From contig JAAILG010001998.1 of assembly GCA_012026655.1 (NCBI GenBank), positions 1 to 59,066 of the forward strand: a stretch of DNA of 59,066 nt, given 5' to 3'. Positions 24,491 through 37,883 of the stretch are shown here, one piece after another (position 1 is the first letter of the stretch; each line of letters starts with the position of its first letter). The position numbers were made by a program, and so were the translations under genes. The DNA comes from Hydrolagus affinis (Eukaryota). The notes under the pieces are model-generated. The model was given only the letters and a program-made list of their open reading frames with translations, did not search any database and was not told where the DNA came from.

Positions 24491-26900
24491 GGTCATCTAC
24501 TTACTCCATTAAAACTGGATCCTGTCTTTAACTAACAGTAACAATAGAAAGAAAAATAAATGTGTTATGCACAATTTTTCAACTTTTGTAAAAACTTAGG
24601 AAATAAAGGAAATCTCATTTAAATAGGCACCTTTATGGCATCCAACACATTGAGGTTCAAGTGATTGTAAAACCATTGCAGGTGTTTGGAAACTACCAAC
24701 AACAAATGGCTATTTATATAAGAAAGATTAGGAACTACCAATAACAAATTGCTGTTGATTTAAGAAATCCAAAATGATCCTAAAATACAGCACAGGCATT
24801 TTCTGAATATTCTAAATAGACTTGGTATTGCAAGTGTGAATACGTTTGTAATACAATGAAACCTAATTTGTAATTAACTGTACCAAAATACTGTACAGTA
24901 TAGTGAGGGCTCCAGAAAATTCATCTTGGATGAATTCATCTTCAGTAAATCGAAATGACTAATTTATGGGTAACCATCCTATAATGAATGACTATATTAG
25001 GGCCATCATTTTATGGAACTTCTTGACCAAAAGTAGGGTGATTGCACAATAGATTGTTCCTTTGATGTGTTGTGCCATTGGATTAAAAGTTTCTTCAGTT
25101 ATTTCTTGCTCTCAGCTGTGCTGTCCGAGTAAGGTAACAATCAAGGCTAGACAACCTTCTCAAGAACAGAAGGAGGTACACTGAAATAAATCTTGTATGT
25201 GTGACTGCTGCTCACATTCACATCTCACACTGGGAATACAGTACACTGCCTCACCTTTTCAGTTGAGGAAAAGTGAAGGCAATCTAAGAAATTAACTTTC
25301 AAGATGAGAAAAAAAATGAGAAAAATAATGCATGAAACAATTGCTGCTGAATGATTTGCTGAATAGGACCTTGAACCATACACAAAGCCCACAGTCAACA
25401 CATTTACTGAAAAAAGACTGGAGACCTTGATGCGTCTGTGTGTCTGCACAAACTGCGGCTCTTATCCTACTGTAATATTACCCCTGTACTCTAATGTTCT
25501 TTTAAAAAAAAATATTTTAATGAAATTTTGACAAAATAAATTATACTGTGTGATTTTTGCTTTATTCTATTGAGGAAGGAAAATAATCACCAGTGTACTT
25601 TTGCTTAGGAGAAGCACTTGCAACAAAGGTATCAAGATATACCATCAATTTACTTTACAGTTCTGTGAAGCACTTTGAGACATCTCAAAAACGTGATCAG
25701 GGGCTATATCAAATGAAAGGATTATTATGATAATTCTGAAATCCGTGGCAAGTGTAAGTACTGGAATAATGCAGTCTTTATAAACACAAAGCTGCTTGCT
25801 CCCATCTCACAACAACAAAGCAATTAGTAGATGAAAACACAACTTCACGTGTTAATGCTTTATGTTGACATTAATTCCTTCTAATCAATTTCAGGAGTTC
25901 CCTTTATTTTCAGTGATAATTCAGTGGTTGATTTTATTCCTTTCTGACTTAAAAACAATGTAACCAGAGCCTCGTACAGAGAAATAAAGCATATTTTTGC
26001 ATTTTTACAAACATTGATTATTTTACTGCGTGTAAAAGGTCTGAAAAAAAGATTATTTTTTGGCATGTGTTTTGTAGTATGAAGGAAAATTGAATATTTG
26101 TTGCTTGGAGACGGAGATGAAAAGCTTTCAAATGCATAAATTAATTAAGCAAGAATGTGTGTGGGCGTACAGAATAAAGAACTTCAGTGAAAATACCACA
26201 CTGAATGAACAGTTCATAGTATCCCACGTTTTGTCCTATCTCCTCAAAGACTGGGTAAACTGCTCTATTTATGCTGCATGCACTGTAATAGAAGATGAGG
26301 ACACCAATGTATTAGTTACCTACCGTTAGAGGAATCTTTAAGACTCAAATCCATTCATTGTTATTTTCAATAGAAAATAGAATGAGTGTACTACCACACA
26401 CCATGAATCCTTTTTGTCATTGTTTTAAATTGAAAGGAAGAAAATCAGGTGAACATTTTGGAGTAATGTACTGTTACGTTTAGCATATTATGGATAATAT
26501 GAGCTTTTAATACAAATCTTATTAACTGTTCACATGATTAAAGTTCAATACAATTCAGTGTAATGTTATTGTCCCACAGAGACTCACCTCTTGGAAGACT
26601 TCCAAACATACATATCTATCACGCAGCATTGTTGATGTGCATGAGAGAGTACAGATAAGGAGTTTCAACCTCCTCTGAAGACTTCAAACTGGCCAGCGGT
26701 CTTCAGAATGTTTTTTTTCATAAAACTCCTCTGATTGAACAATACAGATTTAATAAACCTGAAAACAAATGTTTTCCAGATCTTTAGATGAGAATTTGTG
26801 TGAAATAAAAGATGCCAATAGTTTGTAATTGTTTTTACTTGGGGTGTGTAATTGGACATTTAGCAATGTAGGCATGATATAACGTAACAAAGAACACTAA

Positions 26901-27211
26901 AATAATAATAATCCTTGCATTTGATATAGTGCCTTATCACATCTTCCAGATGTCTCAAAGCATTTCATAAAACATACTGTAAAGTGAATTCACTGTATAT
27001 TTTGTGGGCGAAACGCAGTGGCCAATTGCGCACAGCAATGTCCCATAAACAGTCGTGGATTGAAATCACCAATTTATTATTGTTTTTTTTGAGGGATTAT
27101 GATTAGGCATATGGATTAAGAAAACTTGCCCAAGGTTATGCCCCACCTGGAACTGAACCCAGTTCTCTCAGTTGTAAGGTGAGTGCTCTAATGACTGAGC
27201 TACAGGACTCC
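26901..27211 (-). mobile_element. tRNA-head SINE, full length
   Basis: The reverse complement reads GGAGTCCTGTAGCTCAGT...GGGTTCAGTTCC...ACCTTGGGCAAGT...(ATT)n. Confidence 0.9.
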
Positions 27212-28869
27212 ATGAAAGCACTCTTTGCAGGAAAGTGATTTGGAATTCTTAACTGTTCTGTTTGTAGGTGAAATTCCTCAGTGGATTAGCTGCATTTATG
27301 TACTCAGCATTAAAACTGGATAAAGGAGCACTTAATACTTGGATATTGAATGCTATCATTTGGACTGAGAGAAAAAAACTGGTTGATTGGAGAACTATAT
27401 AAATAGCAATCCTTCAAATGTAGTGATATTGTGTTGACAAGCAAACATTGTACCTTTTGTGCACAGTAAAGTGAATGACCAATTCATCTGGAGGATTATT
27501 GAACACTATACTAAGAGAAACCACCTTCCCTTTTCAAAAAGTGGTGTAGAATTTACAGTGTCTTTTAGGAGACAGAACATTGCCTCAACATTTTATCTGA
27601 CGTTCAGCATCTCCAACAAAGCAGTGTTTCCTCAGTTCTGCGTTGGAGTATCAGCTTGGACTAAGTGGGGTTTGAACACAATCTTCCGACTAAAGGCAAG
27701 ATTGCTACCGTATAACAGAAGCGAGAAGGAAATGGTTGGGTTCAGTGAAATTTCATGAAATAGGTCTGAATGACTTCAAAGTCATGTTCTTCACTTTGAA
27801 TTACACACGGGTCATGTGTACATTTATGTGATAAACACATTGCCCCAAAACAAAATAAATATATAGATATTGACTACCTGACTGACCTGCTTAGTTTTAT
27901 TCTGTTAGACCATTTCCATAAACAGCAACAAGATAGAAGCTCGCTGTTTCTCAATTTGTTGGTCTTAGCTGGGTCTACATGTGGAAGCTAAATTTGCCCC
28001 TATCTTTCCAGAGTTTGGGAGGGGAAAACTAGGCGAGTTTCCTGAACTTAATCTGTCTACAGCACATTCTACTGGGTGTGTGAGGAAAGGTCATCCTTGA
28101 CTGTGATACGCTGTAAAAGGTAAATGGCCTGATGACATTCATGACTACAAGGCTCACGCTTAAACATTGGTCATTTTGTGGCGTACACAAGAGCAACAAA
28201 TGCAATTCAAATGCAAGGATTATTATTATTTACTGACCCAATTGCTGCTCCAATTGAAATCTGGGAATTTACCAAAGGATTCAAAGCTGGAACCTTCAAG
28301 AGTGCTGCCTTCACCCACTCGTCAGTCCACTTTGATCCATGTATGATAAATATATATCATTTTGCCATGGTCACAGTGTTGACAATGGTATAGTGGAAAT
28401 GCTGAATAGACCATGCATAAATAATTCTCTTCCTTGGTTCAAATGCAAATACATCTCTACAACAACAACAAAATTACATTTGCATAGCGCCTTTCCCGTC
28501 GGGAGGACGTCCCAAGGCGCTGGACGGTCAGTGTTTCAGAACTGAGCTGGGGACAGGATCAGGGAGAATGGAGTGAAACAAGGGGAAGTGGGGGATAGAG
28601 AAGTAAATAATATTCTCAACAAGAGATTCAAAATGTATTTCTTTGATAAAACTCTGTAGTTTTAGAAATATATTTGTATGAAATTCTGATTTATAGTAAG
28701 GATAGTTTCCAACCTGACTAACAATAGAACTGTTATACTGAATAAATGGATTTCATTCTTCAATCAACCTCAATAAAACGTGTTTGATACTGGCAGTATC
28801 ATACTGCACAACCGTGCAAACATAACTACAGCAGCTAAGCTCATTTAAATTCTGTTTTTGCATGTGGTA

Positions 28870-29426
28870 GTAAAAGAAACTTCAAGGGCGGAACTGAGCG
28901 ACTTTTTCCTTCATTCAGACGTTTTTTTTAAAAACTAAAAGCCTTTCTGTCAGAAGAGAATGGCTGGCAACCCTGGCTAGTGTAGAGGTTGCAGTGTTGT
29001 ACTTCTGAGAAACTGCTGAATCGAGCCATTGTTTTCTTGAGATAGCATGCATTTTTCACTAGACAGGGGGAGTGAGGCGTAAAAAGGCACCTTGTGTGTG
29101 ACTGCTGGCAGAGCATGGAAGTGAATAAGATCTGAACAAGGTCCAGGCAGTGCAGCCTGATCACTATTCAAACCCCTCGCAAATGGAGTTAACTCAGACA
29201 TTCCAAAGTTCTGACACAGCCCAGGGAACTCTGCTTCGCAGCTTATCTGAGGTTAGCCTGGTATTTCACATGCTGGATCTGCTGCTGAACTTTCACTCAC
29301 AGCAACACAATGGCTGGAGCACAGTCTGCACTGTACTGCCCGCAGGAGAAAAACAGTTGCTCGTGGATGCTGATGCAAAGCAGCACTTTGTGTGAATATT
29401 GCACTGAAGTGGGTGATGGCTGGAAG
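28870..29426 (+). promoter_or_regulatory. Candidate PLCE1 promoter / non-coding first exon
   Basis: Repeat-free, locally GC-richer segment with a GGGCGG box (~28886) and a strong donor AAG|GTAAGC at 29426/29427. Mammalian PLCE1 has a non-coding exon upstream of the large ATG exon. Inference only. Confidence 0.35.
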
Positions 29427-30397
29427 GTAAGCAGAAGGCTCAACCGTGATACGACCTGAAGGAATTTGAGTGAATAAAATGTTTTAGTTGGATTTAAGTA
29501 CTTTTTTTTATCAACTTCTAGACAGCAAGGCTTATGTTATGTTACTTTTGTTTAGCAGTCTTATTCTTGCAGTCTGAGCACTAAAGGGATTTTTTTTGCA
29601 TACGTAAAAACTTTTTAGTAATGTTTTCTATTCAAACATGAGCTATCAAAGTTAACACTGCAACAATTACAGCATTCAACATTACTGCACAGAATAGCAA
29701 TATACCAATTCCACCAAATAGGAAGATTGTTTAATATAGCAGTGCAGTTATTGTAACACACCCAGTGTATTGTTAATGCCAAAAAGCTGTTTAATGATTA
29801 CAAGTGCAGAGTTCTATTGGTGTAACTTTAGAGTATTATGCCTGCTTTAGCACTACTTAGCAAAGTTCAAAGTTCAAAGGCCTTGTGTAAATGACAGTTA
29901 AACATGTAACTAAAAGCATATATCTTCTACTTTGCCCTTATTTAACCACAGTTGCACTGTGTATGACTTCTCAGGATTTTGCAGTATTGGAATGTGTCAT
30001 AACTTTGATGCTGTCACTGGAGAATGTTGCATATTCTGTACACCAATGTAATTAAATTTGAAAATAATTTGAATAGTGGGAGAAAGTTGGACGTAGTTCA
30101 GACTAAACAGCACTATTATTGTTCTTCAGCTGGACTGCAGATTGCGCTCGACTTTTACACATCTGGAGGAGGTATTTACAATTTCCAAACCAACATTTTT
30201 CAAATTGACATCATCAACATGGTTATCATCCTATTGCTAATTATTAAACATTTACATTTAAATGTTCATGTCCATATACAAATGCCCCCCTACAGCTCTC
30301 AAACATAACTATAATGATTCTCAGTGGATAAAGTAGCTTAAATTGTATTTGTGAAAAGAGCTTGGCAAATCCCTATTTGCCAAGTGGTCACAGAATA

Positions 30398-30610
30398 AAC
30401 AACAACAAAATTATATTTGTATAGCGCCTTTCACGTCAGGAGGATGTCCCAACGCAGTATTTCAATTAGAATTTCAGACCCGAGCCCAGGTCGGGATCCG
30501 GAAGGGTGGGGGGAAAGGAGGGGAATTGGGGTGACCGAATGGGAATGTCGAAGAGGGTGTTTGAGGTGGGACTTGAAGGAGGCTAGGGAGGGGGTGAGGC
30601 GGGAGGGATA
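30398..30610 (-). mobile_element. L2 LINE 3' end
   Basis: (AAC)n tail, AGCGCCTTTCACGTCAGGAGG, and SLASFKSHLKHPL in the minus frame. Shorter copies at ~2140-2230, 28458-28600, 31517-31580, 35710-35860, 36147-36350, 39940-40040, 43600-43660, 50793-50853, 51213-51264 and 58418-58497. Confidence 0.8.
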
Positions 30611-33329
30611 AAATATGAAATGCACATAATGGCATCAGTGTATTATCCCTTGTAAATCTCTCCACGTGTGTGTGTGTGTCGAGGAGGAGAGGAGGGAATG
30701 GTAGCAAATTCCTCCTAGTGAGCTATGCTTCATCCTCTCTGTTGTCTCCAGAATAAGTTTCCTGTAACTAAACCCCTCAACCCTGCCTGTGCACTGAGAG
30801 AGGAGCCCTAGGGATAGGGGGGAAAAGAATCACTCTTTACATTTGAATCAGCCTAAACATGTGCATTGCAAAATTTAATTAGCTGAAACAGAACGTCCAA
30901 CAAGGAGTTTAAAGCAGGCAATGACATTGTTTTTCATCATAGATCAGTTCTATTCCTCCAGCGCTGCTCAGACCTGGCTTGACACCCACACTACCTGCCT
31001 CCCCATTTGAGCTCACAGTCGAGGCTGACTTTCCATTGCAGTCTTGGTGAAGGATTGATTTGTTGATGTCATCCTTCAGTGGATACCTATTGTGAAGTGC
31101 TTTGAGATATTCTTACATTATATGCCTTACGTCCAATGCAAGAATTATTACTTTTACAGAACTTTAGAATTCCTATTGCCAGATTCAAGGTAGTAATTAC
31201 TAATCAGTTTGGAGTGGTATATACTGTGTAACTTCAATTCTGATACCAGAGACTGTAATAAAACAATCTAATCAGTGTCTGGAATGCGAGTTCTGCTACA
31301 TCAGTGTTAGTAACTCTTCCAAATTTGTCATGTGTCATTGGCAACGCAAAGGGAGGGAAGTTGAGATTTAGATCTTATTGTTGTAACAGCAGATTTTAGC
31401 TGTCCATTACTGAAATACCACTGACATCATTCTATTCGGCGTCTGCCAAATTGTAGTGAGTGAAGGAGAGGAAGTTTCTGCTGTGATGGGATGCTGAATA
31501 GTCACCCCTGACCATTCAGCACCTTGGGACGTCCTCACAACATGGAAGGCGCTCTACAAATGTAATTTTGTTGTTGTTGGATTAAAACATTTTGTATCTT
31601 TGTTGTTAGTTTTACCCAGAAAAATGCTAAAATGATAATTACCGTCATGTGTAGTTATTGTTTTATGTAAGTAGACAAATACAGTTTTATGTAAGTAGAC
31701 AAACACAGCAGCTATGTTTCACAGAAAAGTCCCAGAAATAATAATGAGATTAATTAATTCTCTGTTTAATCTGGATTTATTTTGGCCTTGGACACAGGGA
31801 AAAAATATTTTGTTTTGAATAATGACAGGAGATTTCTGACCTTGATTCAATGTCTCCTTTGAAAAACGGAACTTCTTGATAACACAGTGCTCTATATGGC
31901 CTACATTGCAGTGTCAACTTATGAACTCAATCGTGATATGGGGTTTGAACCACAATTTTCTGCTCATTGATCACCTGGTGCAAACATGCTATTTAACATT
32001 GTGTTTTATAGTGCAACATAAAACACATCACTGCTGTAGATTCACCCCAGCTCCGGTGTATGTGGCATTACACAGTTGATGGTACCAACATGGAAAACAC
32101 TGACATATGAATGAATACATGGACGTGCATTCCTTTCCAAATCAAGAATCATACGTTTTATTTTTTGGCTGTGGGATAACCTCAATCTGTGCGATGTTTG
32201 TGCAGCCAATTTATTGTGAAATTTACCTTCCTACATGTGATACTGATGATTCTAGAGGCAGAGAGATAACTCCTTGGGACACCGTTGCCTCACTTACATT
32301 GCAGGGCGGCCAATAAATGTAGGGCTGCTGTTGCTGGTGGCAAAAGGGACAACAACAATAACTTTACTCAAAGTTTCATACACATTATTCCAGATTCGGA
32401 AAGTTCGTGTAAGCACTGAGGATATGCCTGGAACATAAATGGTAAAACATTTGAGCACGAAGGGAATGTGAATAAAATGGAATTTAATTATGGTTTAATA
32501 GCATGTTTTAAGATATTGGCCAAGAATGTTTGCTTGCCACACTGAGAAAGACATAGCAGAAATTATACTGGGTGTTGCATTCTCCAGCATGTAACACAAA
32601 TTGTATTAAATGTCTTTGTCCCTTACTCAAGGTTCTGAACTACACAAATACTACTCGCACTATTGTAGGTTTTTGCAAGCAAGTGAATACCATTGCTTCT
32701 ATCTGGGCAATGGTTTCAAGGAAAGAATTGAGTTTAAGCATTCCTCATTAAAAAGTGATCATTTGGATCACAGAAAAAAACAATATTCGTGTGGAATGTC
32801 TACAGAACAACTGGAGAGCTCAAGTCAATTAAATTATGCAATTGATTCCAGAATCTATTGCATCAAGCAAAAACAATATATTGTGTTGAAAGTTGTGCTT
32901 CTTCTACACAGAAGGAAATAAAATTAAATTGGTTATTCATTTCATTACTGTAAGTGGGACATTGCTAATACAAATTGGTTGGTTGTTTGCCTACAAAATA
33001 CACAATCATTACACTTTGCAGTATATCCCGTAAAGCACTTTGAAATATCCTCCCAATGAGAAAGGCACCACATCAAAAGGAAAGATTGTTTATTTACTTA
33101 TAAATGGATTCTGAGCACTGAATGAAGGAGTTTATAAATTGCATTTCTATAAATCATACCTTTATTGTTTGAAACTTAAAAGGTGTTGCTGGAATAAGTG
33201 CTACTTTATTGTTGTCCTGTCCCAATAACACGTAGAACATTTTTGGTATATTGTGACTGCAAGTCGGGGGTGTGGTGTGTCATGGCTCCAAATACACTGA
33301 CAGAAAAACAAATTGACCCCAGTTTTTGA

Positions 33330-33690
33330 ACATTGTGATAGATCTTGTCACGGAGCATTAGGTTTGCTATTGAGTCCAGGTCTGGACTTGTTAGATTTAA
33401 TATTATTTGTCAATATGACCCTGAGTTTCAACCTGGCCTTGGGGTATTCGTGTTAAATATTTGATGTTGAGTACTGGCCTGGACTTGTTGGTTTTGTTGT
33501 TTAGTTTGGCCTTAGCTCATTTGAGTTTTGTTTGGTTTTGTTGTCTTAACCTGAATTTGTTGCATTTGTCATTTGGAATGTTGTTTAGTTTTGTCATGGG
33601 ATTGATAGATTTGTTATTCAATCTTAGCCTGGTTTTCGTGGGTCTTAGTTTAATTTATAAGATACGTTTTTCAGTCTTAATCTAGTAAAT
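33330..33690. repeat. Degenerate T/G-rich tandem repeat (period about 30-35 bp)
   Basis: Recurrent CCTGGACTTGTT(A/G)G..TTTGTTGTTTAGT-like units. Confidence 0.5.
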
Positions 33691-33739
33691 CTTAATTTGC
33701 CTTTACACGGAGGAACAAAAGAGGAAATACTGTATAGAG

Positions 33740-33871
33740 AAATGCAAAATACTACAGATGCTGGAAATCTGAAACAAAAACAGAAATCGCTGGGAACACT
33801 CAACAGGTCAGGCAGCAACTATGGAGAAAGGAAAGTGAATCAACAGTTTGGGTCCATGACTCTTCGTCAGA
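33740..33871. mobile_element. Penelope-like element terminal-repeat fragment
   Basis: CAAAATACTACAGATGCTGGAAATCTGAAACAAAAACAGAAATCGCTGGGAACACTCAACAGGTCAGGCAGCA is a recognisable chondrichthyan repeat. Related pieces at 5063-5217 and ~23200-23245. Confidence 0.65.
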
Positions 33872-36800
33872 TGATGTGTGTGTTCCATCTGAGATTTGAG
33901 GAGATTTGAGAAGTCTGTTTGAGATCAGCAGTTACGGGGTGTAGAGTGGACACAGCTATTGGGTAGATTATGACAAATATAAAGAAAGTGTGACTCAGGA
34001 ATTAAAAGTAGCTGTTTTTTATTGCCCCTTTGAAATGCATGGGTTTAGTCATTCAACTATTCTATTGCAAGAGGGATTAAGTTTGTGTGCAATCAGAAGG
34101 AAGTTTATGAATGTAAAGTGTAATTATCAAGCTGATGATTGCATGATGAAGGGAGGAGGTCATTGATATAATGGAGGAATAATGAATAGAGATAGAGAAG
34201 GAACAAAACCCTGAGGAACATCTCAGCTGATGGGGAAAAAATAGGTTGAACTGTGAATTAAAACATAGCTTCTTTTGGTTTCAATATGATAGATAATTTG
34301 AAATCTGCTCAATACACGGAAAACTGATCACATTCAAAACTGTTTGGATAAGTTAAGTAGAGTTAAGAAATGTGAAATAGAATTTGACATTGATAGCGGT
34401 AAAGTGAGGCACTTTGATACATTTTTAAAAAGAGCACACAATGATTGCCCATTGCAAAGAGGTATCAAAGGTCTGATTAGTAAATATTCATTCAAAGTAT
34501 CCAGTCTATTATGTCATCAAAACCCTTGAATGGGTTAGAGTTTTATAACACGCTACCAGTCATCATTTATTCTCTAGGTAAGCACCTAAATTTCTGATGA
34601 ACCTAAATTCAAGACATTTAGACTGGCTCAGTACAATTGAAAATGACACTTCTCAATGTCAGTAGCATTAACATAAAGTGCAAACTGTTCACAAATTTAT
34701 TAAAATATTATCTTTGTTCAAACAGATTTTCTGCTTCAGCTTCCCTCCTTGGCGGCAGAGACTAAACCTTTAGTTTGTCAAGAACACTCCCCAATCATGC
34801 AGCAAGTAGATAAGAAATGTAGTTTTGGTTTCTTCCAAGATAATGGCCATTTTTCTCCTTTCACCCGTTCATCATAAAACAGATTTAGTTTGGTCATTCA
34901 TTTTATTGCTGTTTGTGGAATGTTACTGAGCAGGTTAGCTGCTTCGTTTGTCAACATGATAGTTACTATACTTAAAAGTACAATATCTTATTTTTCTAAA
35001 TGTTTTGATTTGATAAAATGAATAATCTTTGCACAGAGGACATGTCAATGAGCTTTACAGAATTTGAAATAAATTCTAGTGACTGGGTAATTTGTAGGTG
35101 AATTTTCATGCACTATATTATTAGGTGCAAACTGAACAATCTTTGGAGGATCAACCCTCAAAAGGGAATAAATAGACTCACATCTTCATAGTTCTTTATT
35201 CAGTGTTTTGAGATGCAACCCAACATGAAGGGCACTGTATAAATGCAAGTTGTTGTTGTCATCTCATTTGCATTTTCTTTGTTAAGGATAAATAAATCCA
35301 AGAATTCAAACAGGTTATCTTTTTTATTGCTTAGGGTTACATGTAAAATAAATCTTTAGTAGAAAGCAATTTCATTGTTCTGTCACAAGTCTTCTTACTG
35401 CTGAAGATTTGTTGCTTCCTGAGTGTGGGAATCTCTATCTATCTTGACCCAGTTGCATTTTTATTTTGGGTGGCATAGCAACAGGTTGTAGTTCAGAGAG
35501 TAGTTAGAAGCACACTTGTCTCATCAATGTTGTCTTGCAGGTTCCTGAGAGCACAAAGAGAGTTACAGCATTTCTACAAGGTAGGAGGAGAATGTCAGAT
35601 TTCCGACAGTTTAATCTCTATTTTATCAATCGAGGCTCAACAGGTGATAGTTAATTTTGAGACGTGAATTTATACAAAGAGAGATCCAGGTAGTGGATCA
35701 GTATTAATCCAACAAGTTGCATTTATATAGCATCCTTCACATAGGATAGCGTCTTGGGGCACTGTACAGGAGAGAGGTTGAACATAGAACAAGGGAGAAG
35801 AGTGAGATGCCCATAGGCGTGGATGAAAAGGTAAGTCTTAAGGTGGGATTTAAAGATAGGTAAAGAGGAAATGTACTGTGTGAATGTTCACTTAGGTATT
35901 GTGTACTGATGTTCTGAACTGACAGAGAGGGCTGAATGGCACCTGCAGCAGCTACTTGTCAGTCACCTGATTCCCACATATGAAAAGTGAGCACTTTTAT
36001 TATAACATCTTACAACATCAAAATGTCTCCATTGACAATGTTTCTGCAGGCAGACTGGCAGCCATTCTTTTCTCAGCAAGATCTCACAAACAGCAATGAG
36101 ATGAATGATGAATTAATATTAGATAAATCAGATTAATTATTGGCTACAACAACGACTTGTATTTATATAGCGCCCCTCACACAGGGTAGCAGACCAGAGC
36201 ACTTGACAGTGGCAGAGCACGATGCCAAGCCGGGTGGAGGGTGGGGGTGACCATAGTCTCGGTCAAAGAGGAAGGTCTTCAGGCGCGATCTGAAGCTGAA
36301 AAAGCGAGTGGCAAGGAGGGGAGATGGAGGGAGAATGTTCCAGAGATTTGGGGCACATGGGATCTCTATTATTCACCTGAAGACTTCAATGGGACCTTGA
36401 TTTCATGACTTATTTGAACCCCCAGCAAAGTACTCTCCCAGTGAGTACACTATCAGTGTTAGCCTAATTTATTATTCTAACACCCAATATTGAGCTTGAC
36501 CCAATAACCTTTGGAACAAGCAATCATGAATGGATGATAAAAGCACAACTATCTGTTCAAAATATATGCCAGTGTAACTAAAATGTATTTGAGTAATAAG
36601 CCTTTATGTTTCTTTAATATTATGTGAGTTCTGACAAAAATATAAATGCAACCGATCACTTACTCTATAGTTTTCCCATGGAAAAGACAAAACTCTTGAT
36701 TATGCAGTTTTGTAGGGGAAAAAAATTGGAAGACCTTTCCTGATGTTTCAGTAGGTACAGCAAGTGCCTGAAGTAGTACAGAACCATACAAAACAGAAAG

Positions 36801-37714
36801 TCTCACTTTGATTTGTATTTAGTTAGTTTGATCTGAGCCGAGGCAGAGGTCAATATGCTCTGATTGATCTTCTGTACTCGGGGTGAGATAAATCAGCGAA
36901 TGTTCATATTTCTGATCAGACTCCTGCTGTAAAATTGATGTGCATGCGAGTGTGTCGGGGGAGGACAGGATCAGGCTTGCCTTTGATACCTCCACGATCA
37001 AAGAGCCTGCTAATAGATCTGGCCAGTGTTATAAATAAGGAATGAGGACTTCAGTGAGGCTGACTGCATGCAAGGAACCATACACCACAGAACTTAGTGT
37101 CAGTAGTATCAGTAGAGCAATATATTGCTGTAAATTGGAAGCAGAACAATTATTTCTGTATTTGGTACATTTGTATTTTAAAGAATCTAATAAAAACATC
37201 GGGGAAAAACTGTATATAAAAGAAGCAGTGAGTATGATCTACAGGAAAAGGGTGATCAGTTTGCCACAAGGTTTATTGACAGAAAACGTGCAGTTATAAT
37301 GATAATCCTTTGCATTTGATTTAGCGCCTTATGATGTTACTGAGATAGCTCCAAATACTTCACAGGGTATACTTTAAAGTCTGTAAAGTGGATTGGCTGT
37401 GTATTTTGTGGCCAAATTCATGAACCTATCATATTATAAGCACATGTTGGATCTAAATTAGGATCATAACAAAAATATTGCCTTCTCTATTATTTTCTTC
37501 CTTTTGTTTCTTACATTTTAATTTTAAAAAAGTAATTATTTTGTTTATTTTTCTTCATCTTTTTAAAATTTCTACCATTAATTTGCATAATTACATTTTT
37601 TACATTTTGCCAGATGCTCAAGATGTTATTTGTGTTTTTAGTTTCCCTATCAGCTCCCAGGGTAATTAAAAACCTGGAGGGCCTGAAAATCAAGCATGAC
37701 AAACACCCAGATCA

Positions 37715-37883
37715 AATTGGTCATTCACTTTATGACTCTTTGTGGGACATTCTTGTGTGCAAATTGGTTGTTGTGTTCCTCTACAAATACACAGTCACTA
37801 CACTTTGCAGTAAATTCTATGAGGCACTTTGAAAGGTTTTGAGGTGGAAAGGCATAATAATCGAATGCAAGGATTATTATTAT
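37715..37883 (+). mobile_element. SINE 3' half
   Basis: TTGGTCATT..GTGGGACAT..GTGCAAATTGG..AATGCAAGG(ATT)n. Confidence 0.75.

Noticed and set aside
27135-27211. tRNA-Val-like sequences (also ~9150, 21010, 22215, 50100, 56260)
   Set aside because: These are SINE heads with degenerate stems, attached to the SINE body and tail; they are not tRNA genes.
31661-31708. Short direct duplications (24 bp here; also ~41022-41060, ~50603-50645, ~58437-58472)
   Set aside because: Ordinary slippage duplications.
33461-33685. Hydrophobic 74-aa ORF as a membrane micropeptide
   Set aside because: It arises from a T-rich degenerate tandem repeat; no other support.
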